Below are positions 48,184 through 58,458 of a stretch of 64,000 nucleotides of DNA, in pieces. A program made the translations under genes and the position numbers. The notes under the pieces are model-generated. The model made no database searches. It saw only the letters and a list, made by a program, of their open reading frames with translations, and was not told the origin of the DNA. The number at the start of each line of letters is the position of its first letter. Position 1 is the first letter of the stretch. The stretch is from Calditrichia bacterium (GTDB lineage Bacteria > Calditrichota > Calditrichia > RBG-13-44-9 > J075), in contig JBOEGD010000010.1 of the NCBI GenBank assembly GCA_050633245.1, forward strand, positions 64,001 through 128,000. Reading direction: 5' to 3'.

Positions 48184-48826
48184 CTTCAGTTACCTCATCG
48201 TTTGTCTTTTCAGCTTCTTCAGTGGTTTCGATAACCTTTTCTTCTACCGTCTCATCCGGTTTCTCTTCAGCAACCGGCTCAGCAGGTGTTTCTGCAGGCT
48301 TCTCTTCAACTACCGGCTCGGCGGCCTTCTCTTCAACTACCGGCTCGGCGGCCTTCTCTTCGTCAGCCGGCTTGGCTTCAGCAGCATCGGCAGCGGGTTT
48401 CGGCTTAGTGGCAACAACTGGCCTTGGAATCGGAACGGTCTTGGTGTTGGATCGACCTCGACCACCGCGTGAATCACGTTCGTCTTCATTAGGCTTGCGA
48501 ATAGAATCCATTTTGCGCTGATTCAATTCTTCTTTCGTAACCACATAGGTCAGATAACGAAGCACACGATCGTTTAGACGGTATTCTTTTTCGATGATTT
48601 GAGGAATATTCAAACGGCTGGGAGCGGAAAACTCTATTTCTACGTAGAAACCGCTGGTGCGTTTTTCAATTGGGTAAGCAAGACGACGCTTGCCCCAGGG
48701 ATTGTGTAGAACAATCTCACCACCATGATCTTCAATCAGCTGCTGAATGCGGCTGGTGATGGTATCTACTTCCTCGGGGTTTTGCAAGACATCAACAATG
48801 AAAATCGTACAATAATGCTGTTTCAT
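48170..48826 (-). CDS. rpsF: 30S ribosomal protein S6 with long acidic tail
   Basis: WGKRRLAYPI..GFY, VLRYL. ATG at 48826 follows AAGGAG. Confidence 0.93.
   Translation of the reverse strand: MKQHYCTIFIVDVLQNPEEVDTITSRIQQLIEDHGGEIVLHNPWGKRRLAYPIEKRTSGFYVEIEFSAPSRLNIPQIIEKEYRLNDRVLRYLTYVVTKEELNQRKMDSIRKPNEDERDSRGGRGRSNTKTVPIPRPVVATKPKPAADAAEAKPADEEKAAEPVVEEKAAEPVVEEKPAETPAEPVAEEKPDETVEEKVIETTEEAEKTNDEVTEDGTK
48299..48361. repeat. 27-bp coding tandem repeat in the rpsF tail
   Basis: CTTCTCTTCAACTACCGGCTCGGCGGC x2 plus 9 bp, encoding AAEPVVEEK. Confidence 0.9.
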
Positions 48827-48875
48827 TGTTTCTCCTTCGATCTTTCGGCCCTGTCTAAAAACAGAGCAGGATGAA
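48827..48875 (-). promoter_or_regulatory. Putative S6:S18 autoregulatory leader RNA
   Basis: TCATCCT-GCTCTGT..ACAGGGC-CGAAAGATCG-AAGGAG: an inner hairpin plus a CCT that can pair with the SD. Confidence 0.5.
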
Positions 48876-48948
48876 CAATTAATCAATTATGCAGCGATAA
48901 CGCTGTCAAGGGCATCAATATAGCCCGAACTATATCGCTCAGCAAAGC

Positions 48949-48982
48949 AAAAAAAAAGTTTCCCGGCAGGTAGCCGGGAAAC
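48949..48982 (-). terminator. Intrinsic terminator after hppA
   Basis: GTTTCCCGGC/GCCGGGAAAC stem followed by T9 on the minus strand. Confidence 0.85.
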
Positions 48983-48995
48983 CAGTAAGAGCAAC

Positions 48996-51197
48996 TTAGA
49001 TGAGCGGCGCAATAACCAGCGCAACTACGCTCATAAGCTTAATAAGAATGTTTAGCGACGGACCGGAAGTATCTTTGAAAGGATCACCAACCGTATCACC
49101 AACTACGGCAGCCTTGTGGGCTTCGGAGCCTTTAACCAGCTTCTCGGTTCCGGTATCGAAACCTTCTTCAATCATTTTCTTGGCATTGTCCCATGCACCA
49201 CCGGCATTGGACTGAAAGAGTGCCATCAGAACACCACAAACCGTTGTTCCTGCGAGCAGACCACCAAGCATCTGGAATCCACCGAGAAAGCCAACGAGTA
49301 CCGGAACCAATACGGCAATCAGGCCTGGAACAACCATTTCGCGAATAGAAGAGTTTGTAGAAATCTCAACACACTTGCCGTATTCGGCTTTTCCGTCCGC
49401 AGCTTCAAATGTTTTCTGATCATCGGCAGACCACTTGTCGAAGTCTTTGCCGTCGTTCTTGCGCATAACGTTCAACGCAGCCTTCAGTTCAGGAATGTCC
49501 TTAAACTGGCGACGAACTTCTTCAATCATCGCCATGGCAGCGCGTCCTACAGCATTCATAGAAAGAGCAGAGAATAGAAATGGCAGCATTCCACCTACAA
49601 ACAGAGCAGCCATTACAGACGGATCGGTAATGTTGATATCCAGATTAACTACGTCCTGATGGCTGATTCTGTAGGATGTAAGGAAAGCAGCAAAAAGAGC
49701 CAGAGCAGTAAGAGCGGCAGAACCAATGGCAAAACCTTTACCGATAGCAGCAGTTGTGTTTCCAACAGCGTCCAACTTGTCGGTGCGCTGACGAACTTCT
49801 TTCGGCAATTCACTCATCTCGGCAATACCACCGGCATTGTCAGAGATCGGTCCGTAAGCATCAACAGCCAGCTGAATTCCGGTATTAGAAAGCATACCTA
49901 CAGCGGCGATAGCAATACCATAAAGGCCGGCAACTGAATAGGCGCCTAAAATTGCTGCTGCAATAATAAGTATTGGAATCGTTGTAGAAACCATGCCTAC
50001 ACCGAGCCCGGCAATAATGTTCGTTGCAGATCCGGTCATGGACTGCTTCACAATTGAAATTACCGGGCCTGTTCCGGTTCCGGTATAGTGTTCAGTAATC
50101 TTTCCAATGGCCAAGCCAGAAGCCAGACCGATTAGAATGGCGTAGAAAACACCCATGGAACTATAGGCTTTGCCCAGATATTCCCAACTTTCGGGAAGCA
50201 TTCCATTTACGATGAAAAAGGTAAGAACCAGAAGCACACCAGCAGAACCAAACTCGCCAATATTCAAAGCTGTGTGCGGATCGCCGCCTTCCTTCACTTT
50301 CACGAAGAACGTTCCAAGAATTGAAGTGATAATACCCGTTCCGGCAAGAACCAGCGGCAGCATTACAGCGCTAAGACCACCCATTTCATTGGTACCTTCA
50401 AAGCCAACCAGTCCCATAAAAGCAGCACCAAGAACCATGGTTCCGATAATTGAACCAACATAAGACTCAAATAAATCGGCACCCATACCGGCCACGTCAC
50501 CCACATTGTCACCAACGTTATCGGCAATCGTTGCGGGATTCAGCGGGTGATCTTCCGGAATTCCGGCTTCAACCTTACCAACAAGATCTGCACCAACATC
50601 GGCAGCCTTGGTATAAATACCGCCACCCACACGTGCAAAAAGAGCAATTGAGGAAGCGCCGAAAGAGAATCCGGTAATAATGGTCAGCACCTTGCTCACT
50701 TGAACCGGGCCGTCCATACCAATCATTCCACTAAAGACAAGCAACAGAATGCTGAGCCCTAGAACGCCAAGGCCAACAACGCCAAGACCCATTACAGAGC
50801 CACCGGCAAAAGCAATCTCAAGTGCTTTTCCCAGACTCTGACGAGCGGCATTTGTAGTACGCACATTGGCTTTCGTGGCTACTTTCATTCCAATAAAACC
50901 AGCGAGGCCGGAGCATAGCGCACCAACAACGAACGAAACCGCTACCAGCGGATCGGAATAATCGCTACTCATACCGCCCCACACCAATAATGCGGCTACG
51001 GCAACTACGAAAATTGATAAAATTCTATATTCGGCTTTCAAAAAAGCCATGGCGCCGTCAGCGATGTGGGCAGCAATTTTGCCCATCTTTTCGGTACCAA
51101 CGTCTTGCTTGCCTACCCAGGAAGATTTCCAAAAGGTATAAAGCAGTCCGATGACACCCGCGGCGATACTGAGTTGAATCAGTAACTGTGTTGTCAC
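48996..51197 (-). CDS. hppA: K+-dependent, probably Na+-translocating membrane pyrophosphatase
   Basis: [26 protein letters not shown] (Ala, K+-dependent type), ADLFES (gate Glu at the Na+-PPase position), GDTVGDP. Confidence 0.95.
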   Translation of the reverse strand: MTTQLLIQLSIAAGVIGLLYTFWKSSWVGKQDVGTEKMGKIAAHIADGAMAFLKAEYRILSIFVVAVAALLVWGGMSSDYSDPLVAVSFVVGALCSGLAGFIGMKVATKANVRTTNAARQSLGKALEIAFAGGSVMGLGVVGLGVLGLSILLLVFSGMIGMDGPVQVSKVLTIITGFSFGASSIALFARVGGGIYTKAADVGADLVGKVEAGIPEDHPLNPATIADNVGDNVGDVAGMGADLFESYVGSIIGTMVLGAAFMGLVGFEGTNEMGGLSAVMLPLVLAGTGIITSILGTFFVKVKEGGDPHTALNIGEFGSAGVLLVLTFFIVNGMLPESWEYLGKAYSSMGVFYAILIGLASGLAIGKITEHYTGTGTGPVISIVKQSMTGSATNIIAGLGVGMVSTTIPILIIAAAILGAYSVAGLYGIAIAAVGMLSNTGIQLAVDAYGPISDNAGGIAEMSELPKEVRQRTDKLDAVGNTTAAIGKGFAIGSAALTALALFAAFLTSYRISHQDVVNLDINITDPSVMAALFVGGMLPFLFSALSMNAVGRAAMAMIEEVRRQFKDIPELKAALNVMRKNDGKDFDKWSADDQKTFEAADGKAEYGKCVEISTNSSIREMVVPGLIAVLVPVLVGFLGGFQMLGGLLAGTTVCGVLMALFQSNAGGAWDNAKKMIEEGFDTGTEKLVKGSEAHKAAVVGDTVGDPFKDTSGPSLNILIKLMSVVALVIAPLI

Positions 51198-51224
51198 GAG
51201 AGACCTCCTACGATCAGTGGATGA

Positions 51225-51797
51225 TTAATTGTCTAACAAGTTCCTATTAAACGTATTCATAGTATCTTCAATTCCTTTCGAAACGAAGTATTCTGCAGCG
51301 TCTGCTGCAGTCTGTATAATCAGCGGTAAATCTTTTTGTTCTTTTTTTGAGAAGGGCGACAGCACATAGGAACTGGCATTAGCGAATTCATTTCCAATTC
51401 CAATACGCATTCTGGGGACCTCATTAGTATGCAGGGTTTGCAGGATGGATTTCAGACCCTTTTGCCCGCCGGCACTTCCGGAGGATTTTAGTCGAAGGGT
51501 GCCAAACGGCAGGTTAAATTCGTCGATTACGATGAGCAGGCGGGAACAGGATTCGAGGTTGTAGTAGTCGTAAACTTGACGAACTGCTTGCCCACTCAGA
51601 TTCATATACGTCGTGGGCTTTATCAGAAGAGTCGGAACTCCCTGTAGCGTTACTTTCGTTTGGACATAGGAACCTTTCCCCTTTTTAAAGGTCCCATGAT
51701 GTCGATTTGCTAATTCATCCAAAACCATAAACCCGACATTATGCCGGGTATGTTCATAGTTTTTTCCGGGGTTTCCTAAACCAATAAGAGCATACAC
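51225..51797 (-). CDS. pth: Peptidyl-tRNA hydrolase
   Basis: GLGNPG..Y..TRHNVGF, KPTTYMNLSG, RIGIG. GTG start. Confidence 0.95.
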   Translation of the reverse strand: MYALIGLGNPGKNYEHTRHNVGFMVLDELANRHHGTFKKGKGSYVQTKVTLQGVPTLLIKPTTYMNLSGQAVRQVYDYYNLESCSRLLIVIDEFNLPFGTLRLKSSGSAGGQKGLKSILQTLHTNEVPRMRIGIGNEFANASSYVLSPFSKKEQKDLPLIIQTAADAAEYFVSKGIEDTMNTFNRNLLDN

Positions 51798-51827
51798 TGA
51801 GACATCCCATCTACAGACAGAGAAGAG

Positions 51828-52460
51828 TTACTGATCTTCTCCATCCTCAGCTTCTGCAGCTTCACCTTCGGCTTCTCCATCTTCACCATCGGCTTCTTCA
51901 GTTTCTTCAGTGACAACACGCGGCATTTCTACGGAAGCAACCAAATCACGTCCATCAGCAAGAATAGTAACGTCAGCAAAAGAAAGCTCATCGATGTGAA
52001 TAGAATCGCCAATTTCAAGTCCTGAAATATCGACTTCAAGAACTTCGGGAATATCTTTAGGCAAACACTCTACTTCGAGCTCGCGAATCGGGCTGGCCAA
52101 ACGACCACCGTTTTTCACTCCAACAGGCTCGCCAATAAGTGAAAGCGCAACCATAACGGTCATTTTTTCACCCATAACTACGCCCATGAAGTCTACGTGA
52201 AGTACATTCTCCGTAATCGGATCATACTGCACATCTTTTAATACAACCTTGCGAGCAGCTTTCTCTCCTTCAATCTGAAGATCGAGCAAACCACGATTGT
52301 GGCTGATAAAATACGAAAGCGTTTTTGCATCAAATGCCAGCGCAACCGGATCTTCACCGTGCAAATAGAATACTCCCGGAACACGACCAGCTCGGCGCAT
52401 GCGACCAATTAAACGTCGACCGCGCTCTTCGCGCACTTGTGCTATAACAGCGTCAGACAT
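51828..52460 (-). CDS. rplY: 50S ribosomal protein L25 (long CTC form)
   Basis: R..G.VPGVFY, HVDF, GVKNGG, acidic tail. ATG at 52460 follows AAGGAG. Confidence 0.94.
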   Translation of the reverse strand: MSDAVIAQVREERGRRLIGRMRRAGRVPGVFYLHGEDPVALAFDAKTLSYFISHNRGLLDLQIEGEKAARKVVLKDVQYDPITENVLHVDFMGVVMGEKMTVMVALSLIGEPVGVKNGGRLASPIRELEVECLPKDIPEVLEVDISGLEIGDSIHIDELSFADVTILADGRDLVASVEMPRVVTEETEEADGEDGEAEGEAAEAEDGEDQ

Positions 52461-52476
52461 AACATCTCCTTTGACT

Positions 52477-52511
52477 AAAAAAAGTGCAAGCAAAAGAGTG
52501 TTTGCTTGCAC
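52477..52511 (-). terminator. Terminator-like hairpin between tRNA-Gln and rplY
   Basis: GTGCAAGCAAA/TTTGCTTGCAC 11-bp stem followed by T7. Confidence 0.7.
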
Positions 52512-52532
52512 ATAAGTACTCAGTAAATCTTG

Positions 52533-52603
52533 CTGGGGTACGAGGACTCGAACCTCGGATGTCGGGACCAAAACCCGATGCCTTACCACTTGGCTATACC
52601 CCA
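52533..52603 (-). tRNA. tRNA-Gln (anticodon TTG), CCA not encoded
   Basis: TGGGGTATAGCCAAGTGGTAAGGCATCGGGTTTTGGTCCCGACATCCGAGGTTCGAGTCCTCGTACCCCAG forms a cloverleaf. Confidence 0.97.
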
Positions 52604-52641
52604 GTAAATGTATAAAACAGCTACATCAAAAGCTGGGACAG

Positions 52642-52671
52642 AATATACATTAAGCTATTCAGGATTGTCAA
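52642..52671 (-). promoter_or_regulatory. Putative sigma70 promoter of tRNA-Gln
   Basis: TTGACA-18 nt-TATATT, about 40 nt upstream of the tRNA. Confidence 0.55.
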
Positions 52672-52804
52672 GTCGAAATATAAAAAAAGTGTGAAAATTT
52701 CCAAAAATCCCGCCTTTAAATAAGAATATAGATTGAATGGAATAGCTCTTGAATTTCAACCTATCATCGTCGTAAATTTAGTGCGCTTTTACCAGGGAAA
52801 CACT

Positions 52805-54511
52805 ATGCTAAAAAGAATTCACATACGACAGTTCGCTCTTGCGGAAAATTTAACCGTCGAGTTTCAGTCCGGACTCAACATCCTAACCGGTGAAACCGGC
52901 GCTGGAAAATCAATTCTGGTCGGTGCCATCGGCGCCGTTCTCGGTGGACGCGTTTACACCGAAGTCATCAGAACCGGGTTTGACAAGGCCAGCGTTGAGG
53001 CCGTATTCGATATATCTTCCCTCACTAAGCTAAAGACGTTATTAGACGAGCGCGGCTTGCCCGGAGGCAACGAGCTGATTGTTCGTCGCGAAATAGCAAA
53101 CAAGGGAAACGCCAGAGCCTTTATTAATGATGCAACCGTAACCGTTGCAACATTGGCAGATATCGGCAACTTTCTGGTAGATATTCACGGACAGCATCAG
53201 CACCAAAGCCTGTTGAGACGAGAAACTCATCGCTATTTCATCGATGCGTTTGGACGCTTAAACAATGAATTAGAGGCCGTGAATAGCGCCTGGCAGGCAC
53301 TTCGTAAGCTGGATGCTGAACTGAACACCTTGTTAAGACGTCAAAAAGAGCTTAGCACCAAACGCGAGCTCTATGAGTTTCAGTCCAGGGAAATAGCTCA
53401 GGCCGATCCAAGTGATGGCGAAGATAAGAAGCTGGAAGAAGAAGCACGCGTTCTTGCTAATATTGAGAAGCTTTTTGCCTTGTCGAGTGAATTGGGAACC
53501 ATCTTTTCAGGCGGAGATTTGAATCTACTCGGATTAAATGCCGATGCCGAACAGCGCCTGAAAGAGATCGGCAACATCTCCAGTGAAATTAAGAAGCTGT
53601 CTGATGAATTTACTTCCGCCCGCATTGTTGTTGATGAAACGGCGCGTAGCATCGAAGAGTTTAAAAACAATCTGGAGTTTGATGGCGAACGCCTCGAAGA
53701 GGTTGAAGCACGACTCAGCGTGTTCGCTTCGTTGAAAAAGAAATACGGTGGCACTCTGGAAGCAGTCATAGCATATCAAAAAGAGATTACCGCCAGCCTT
53801 TCGCTACAGGACAATGTGGATTTCGAGATAGAAACGTTTAACAAGCGTCGCAATAAACTTCTGCAAGATTATGCTAAAGTAGCAATTGTGCTAACAAAGA
53901 AGCGCCAAAAGGCCGCAACGCGGATGGAGAAAGCCGTTCAAGATCACCTCAAACATCTGGGAATGCCTAATATTCGTTTTCAAGTGCGTTTTGATAAGCG
54001 TGAGGAAGCTAATGGCGTGTTTCTCGGAGAGGGCGCATCCTATTTCGGCGATGAGAATGGTGTGGATCAAATAGAGTTCTTTATCTCGCCAAATCCGGGT
54101 GAAGACTTCAAGCCGCTAAGCAAAATTGCTTCCGGTGGAGAGATGTCTCGCATTATGCTGGCGCTCAAAAACATTCTGGCAGAAATCGATGAAATTCCTA
54201 CCCTTATTTTTGATGAGGTGGACAGTGGTGTTTCCGGTCGAATTGCACAAGCGGTAGGGCGATCAATATCTCAGCTTGCAGAAAGCCATCAGATTCTCTG
54301 TATCACCCACCTGGCACAGATCGCCTCACAGGGCGATAGCCATTATGCTGTAGAAAAATATGTGGACGGAGATCGCACTTTTACACAGATAACCGCGCTT
54401 AGCGAGTCGCAGCGAATTGAGGCCATTGCCCGGTTAATGGGTGGTGAACATATCAGCGATACGGTATTGGAAAGTGCACGGCAATTAATTGAGGAGAGTC
54501 GCAGCAGTTAG
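52805..54511 (+). CDS. recN: DNA repair protein RecN
   Basis: TGETGAGKS, DIHGQH, ASGGEMSR, IFDEVDSG, CITHL. ATG at 52805. Confidence 0.96.
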   Translation: MLKRIHIRQFALAENLTVEFQSGLNILTGETGAGKSILVGAIGAVLGGRVYTEVIRTGFDKASVEAVFDISSLTKLKTLLDERGLPGGNELIVRREIANKGNARAFINDATVTVATLADIGNFLVDIHGQHQHQSLLRRETHRYFIDAFGRLNNELEAVNSAWQALRKLDAELNTLLRRQKELSTKRELYEFQSREIAQADPSDGEDKKLEEEARVLANIEKLFALSSELGTIFSGGDLNLLGLNADAEQRLKEIGNISSEIKKLSDEFTSARIVVDETARSIEEFKNNLEFDGERLEEVEARLSVFASLKKKYGGTLEAVIAYQKEITASLSLQDNVDFEIETFNKRRNKLLQDYAKVAIVLTKKRQKAATRMEKAVQDHLKHLGMPNIRFQVRFDKREEANGVFLGEGASYFGDENGVDQIEFFISPNPGEDFKPLSKIASGGEMSRIMLALKNILAEIDEIPTLIFDEVDSGVSGRIAQAVGRSISQLAESHQILCITHLAQIASQGDSHYAVEKYVDGDRTFTQITALSESQRIEAIARLMGGEHISDTVLESARQLIEESRSS

Positions 54512-54520
54512 GCAAAGATT

Positions 54521-55603
54521 CTATCGCCCTCGCACCGGCTGTAGCTTTCGCGCAAATGCGACACGCGCGAGTTCCAGAATTCCCTCCATATGGTCTTCCA
54601 AACGAATCCTCTTCTGAATAGCAAAGTCTGCTGAAATCGAGAAGTGCCTTTCTTTCAGACTTCGCAATGTGTCTATCCAGTCCTGCGGGTCAAAGCCATT
54701 TACAACCACGCCTTCAGCGTCTCCCACAATCGTCTTTGCCCCGACCATATGCGACAGAACAACAGGCACATTGCACAGCAGGGCCTCGCTTACCACCTGC
54801 CCAAACGGCTCAAAAAGAGCCGGTAACAAAAAATAGTCCGCCGCGCTATACAGTTCTTCGGCTTCCTTTACGTATCCAACATATCGCACGTTAGTAAGCT
54901 TTGTCTTTGGAGGTTTTACGCCTGCTACAATTAACTCTACCGGCTCATCTTGCAGGGCTTCAAAGACTTTAAGTAGTAACGGAAGACCTTTTCGTTTATG
55001 ACTGGCTGATATAAAGAGAAAGGATGTCTTGTCAGGATGAAACTCGTATTTTTGGCGAAATTCTTCACGTCGCTGCTTCACTCCATGATGGAAGCGTTGC
55101 GGATCGACCGGCGGAAGAAGCAGCTTTATTTTAGCAGGTTTTACCTGATAGAGCTCGATAAGCTCGTCGCGCATCATTTCTGATGCGGCAAGAATACTTC
55201 CAGGCGAAGCAAAAGCACGACGCTCCATTTTGATATCAAGCCGGTCTTTGACGCCTAAAATCTTCTTTCCCGTTGCGCGGACAAATCCTAAATGATTAGC
55301 CGGTGCCAACAACGCATCCTGATGTGTTGTCCGGGTTAGCGACAGGACAAAATCGAACTTGTTTCTCAGCAGTGTCTCATGCACCTTTTTATCAAAGGAC
55401 GGTCCACGAACCGGCTTTGGAATAGTTGCCATGGAAACCGGCAAAATTTCTACACCATCCGGAATATTCGCATCTGGTGCAACCTTCGAACAGATAACGC
55501 TCACCTCATGACCGAGCTTGTGTAGATAGTCGATATAAGAGAACAGGCGTGTTTCCAGTCCACCACGACGAACTAAACGCGTATGTATTAAGGCAATCTT
55601 CAC
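54521..55603 (-). CDS. Glycosyltransferase family 4
   Basis: GGLE, RKG and EPFGQVVSEA (EX7E) motifs. Confidence 0.88.
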   Translation of the reverse strand: MKIALIHTRLVRRGGLETRLFSYIDYLHKLGHEVSVICSKVAPDANIPDGVEILPVSMATIPKPVRGPSFDKKVHETLLRNKFDFVLSLTRTTHQDALLAPANHLGFVRATGKKILGVKDRLDIKMERRAFASPGSILAASEMMRDELIELYQVKPAKIKLLLPPVDPQRFHHGVKQRREEFRQKYEFHPDKTSFLFISASHKRKGLPLLLKVFEALQDEPVELIVAGVKPPKTKLTNVRYVGYVKEAEELYSAADYFLLPALFEPFGQVVSEALLCNVPVVLSHMVGAKTIVGDAEGVVVNGFDPQDWIDTLRSLKERHFSISADFAIQKRIRLEDHMEGILELARVAFARKLQPVRGR

Positions 55604-55728
55604 TTTTTAGATCCCAAATAGTAACTTGCCATAGCCGAATGCCAGGACATGACCATCTTATTGTCAGATTAAGAATAGGCGCCCTTTCACGTATCGAATG
55701 CAAGATGAAAAGGCAAAGGTGTTTATGC

Positions 55729-57084
55729 TTATCCGGTAGTGCCTCCCAAAAGCACCTCATAGATAGATTTGACCGGAGAAAGAGCAAGCGAAATTTTTTG
55801 CATATCCTCAGGAGGCGGTGCAGGAATATAGGCCTGTTTAAAACCCATTTTTGCAGATTCCTGCAGACGCTGTTCAATAAATGAGACAGCGCGTATTTCA
55901 CCGCCAAGCCCAAGCTCTCCAACATATACGGCATCTTTGTCCAGCGGACGATCATTACGGCTTGAGTAAAGAGCTGCAGCCACACCAAAGTCTATACCAG
56001 GATCGTCTATGCGTAATCCGCCAGCCACCTTAACAAAGACATCAAACATGCCAAAGTCCTGATCGCAATACCGCTCTAGAACAGCTAAGATCAAAGATAG
56101 CCTTCGTTGGTTAAAGCCATTCACTGTACGCTGTGGCGTGCCATAATTAGAGCGGCTAACCAGTGCCTGAACTTCGACTAGCAGCGGACGGCTTCCCTCA
56201 TAACTACAAACGATGCTGCTACCAACATCCGGACGCCCCATCGAGTTTAGAAAGAGGCTGGATACATTGTCTACCTCGTGAAGACCATCGTGATACATTT
56301 CGAATACGCCTAACTCATTCGCCGCACCAAAACGGTTCTTTGTTGTGCGGATTATCCTGTGCTGCTGAATATTGCCTTCGAAATACACCACAACATCTAC
56401 AAGATGTTCCAAAATCTTTGGCCCGGCAATACTTCCCTCCTTGGTAACGTGACCAATAAGGAACAACGTAAAACCTTCTTCTTTTGCCTGTTTAAACAGT
56501 CGGGCAGCACATTCTCTTACCTGGCCAACATTACCCGAGGCACCTGAGAAATCTGGATTGTATATCGCCTGAATAGAGTCTATGACGACAACTTCGGGCT
56601 TAACTTGTTCAATATGATATTGTATCGCAGCGACATCCGTTTCCGCAAGAGAGAGTAGCTCTCCGGAATTAGGTCGAAGACGTCCGGCGCGATCGCGAAG
56701 CTGCTGTAAGCTTTCCTCAGCACTTACATAAAGAGACTTGCGGCCAGACTGCTGAAGTCGCATCATAACCTGCAGCATAAGCGTAGACTTGCCAATACCG
56801 GGTTCGCCGGCTAGCAGCACGACGGAAGCCGGAAATATCCCGCCCCCCAAAACACGGTCAAATTCTTCCATGCCGCAACGAATACGGGCAGAGTCATCTG
56901 CTGCAGGAATGTCTTTAAGAGGTAGCGGCTTGGTCTTAGGCTTTCTTTTACTTCCCGCTTTTGCAGGAACAATTTCTTCTTCGACAAAGCTATTCCAACC
57001 AGAGCAGTTGGGACATTTTCCCAGCCACTTTCCCGATTCATATCCGCAACTTTGGCAAATGAATACCTGTCGACTCTTAGCCAT
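55729..57084 (-). CDS. radA: DNA repair protein RadA/Sms
   Basis: CxxC..CxxC, GEPGIGKST, KNRFG, Lon-like C-terminus. ATG at 57084. Confidence 0.97.
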   Translation of the reverse strand: MAKSRQVFICQSCGYESGKWLGKCPNCSGWNSFVEEEIVPAKAGSKRKPKTKPLPLKDIPAADDSARIRCGMEEFDRVLGGGIFPASVVLLAGEPGIGKSTLMLQVMMRLQQSGRKSLYVSAEESLQQLRDRAGRLRPNSGELLSLAETDVAAIQYHIEQVKPEVVVIDSIQAIYNPDFSGASGNVGQVRECAARLFKQAKEEGFTLFLIGHVTKEGSIAGPKILEHLVDVVVYFEGNIQQHRIIRTTKNRFGAANELGVFEMYHDGLHEVDNVSSLFLNSMGRPDVGSSIVCSYEGSRPLLVEVQALVSRSNYGTPQRTVNGFNQRRLSLILAVLERYCDQDFGMFDVFVKVAGGLRIDDPGIDFGVAAALYSSRNDRPLDKDAVYVGELGLGGEIRAVSFIEQRLQESAKMGFKQAYIPAPPPEDMQKISLALSPVKSIYEVLLGGTTG

Positions 57085-57177
57085 GCTAATCTTCCACTTG
57101 TGTTTAGTAGTACCGCACAATGTATAATATGCCTGCTTCCTTAGCAATCAAAAAAGCCGCTCGGTGCAGCAAAATGT

Positions 57178-58308
57178 TTACTTTTTGGGCTGCCTATCAA
57201 CATTCTCTGGTGGGGAGTCAACCATATTTCGAAACTGCTTAAGTAGTTTCTCGGCGGCAGCGGCAGGATTAAGTCTGCCTACAGCAACCTGTTCTTCGTA
57301 TTTATTTCGCAGCTGTTGTATCGCTGCATCGCGATAAAATTGCTGTTCAAGACCCAGGCGAACGAGCGAGTGCATCCACTCAACCTGCTGAACGGCCCGG
57401 CGCTTTGCAAAAAAACCGGACGAATCGGTTTCTTTCTGAAAACTGGTTATCATTTCCCAGAGCTCTTCGAGCCCTTCGCCGGTTAAAGCGGACAGAGCAA
57501 GGGCTGTGGGCTTCCAATCTTTTGTAGCGGGCACCAGATAACGAAGGGCAGAAGCATATTCCTGCCGTGCGGCATTGGCTCGAATTTTATTCTCTCCATC
57601 AGCCTTGTTGACAATTATTGCATCACAGAGCTCAATGACGCCCTTTTTAATTCCCTGCAGTTCATCTCCGGCACCGGCTATTTGCAGCAGCAGGAAAAAA
57701 TCGACCATAGAACGAACCGTTATTTCGCTTTGTCCAACACCAACCGTTTCGACCAAAATTATATCATATCCGGCAGCTTCACATAGGATGATTGTTTCGC
57801 GCGTCTTTCGAGCAACTCCTCCGAGCATACCTCCTGATGGCGACGGACGAATAAAACTGGCTGGATCCTGAGCGAGCCGATCCATCCGCGTTTTGTCTCC
57901 CATGATACTCCCTCCGGTCAAACTACTGCTGGGATCAACAGCCAACACAGCCACCCGGTGTCCACGTTTTGTAAGGAACAGCCCCAATGACTCAATCAGC
58001 GTGCTTTTGCCGGCGCCAGGAACTCCGGATATGCCCACACGCAACGATTTTCCGGAATGCTCGATTAACCCGGCGAGCAATTGCTCCGCCTGCTCACGGT
58101 GCTTGGCAGCGTTGCTCTCGATAATAGAGATCGCCCGCCCCAAAAGGGTTCTGTTACCCTCGCAAATTCCGCTAATCAGATCCGAAACAGACCAGCTGCG
58201 ACGCTTGGGTCGTGCCACCTTCCCAGAAACGTTATCTCGTCTACCTTCGACACCCGAAACCACCGACAGTGCACTTTTAGCAGGCTTTATGTTTTTCTTT
58301 TTAGCCAT
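57178..58308 (-). CDS. meaB: Methylmalonyl-CoA mutase-associated GTPase
   Basis: GVPGAGKST, DPSS, GDKTRM, ETVGVGQSE, NKAD. Confidence 0.95.
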   Translation of the reverse strand: MAKKKNIKPAKSALSVVSGVEGRRDNVSGKVARPKRRSWSVSDLISGICEGNRTLLGRAISIIESNAAKHREQAEQLLAGLIEHSGKSLRVGISGVPGAGKSTLIESLGLFLTKRGHRVAVLAVDPSSSLTGGSIMGDKTRMDRLAQDPASFIRPSPSGGMLGGVARKTRETIILCEAAGYDIILVETVGVGQSEITVRSMVDFFLLLQIAGAGDELQGIKKGVIELCDAIIVNKADGENKIRANAARQEYASALRYLVPATKDWKPTALALSALTGEGLEELWEMITSFQKETDSSGFFAKRRAVQQVEWMHSLVRLGLEQQFYRDAAIQQLRNKYEEQVAVGRLNPAAAAEKLLKQFRNMVDSPPENVDRQPKK

Positions 58309-58385
58309 ATTTCTTCAGCTATTTATTTGATACCATTTACGTTTCGAAGTCAATGTTACAAGCTGTAACGCGAATGCCGTATTGG

Positions 58386-58406
58386 CACCTCGACTCCGCT
58401 CGGTGA
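58386..58406 (-). repeat. Dispersed short hairpin repeat, copy 2
   Basis: Minus strand TCACCGAGCGGAGTCGAGGTG has the same core as the copy at 36185. Confidence 0.65.
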
Positions 58407-58458
58407 AACAAAATACCACTTTATTTCTCAACACCTAATTGGCATAATTGTTTAAGCT

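Noticed and set aside
52533-52603. tRNA-Gln as an island integration site
   Set aside because: No duplicated tRNA 3' end or integrase was seen, and the flanks are housekeeping genes.
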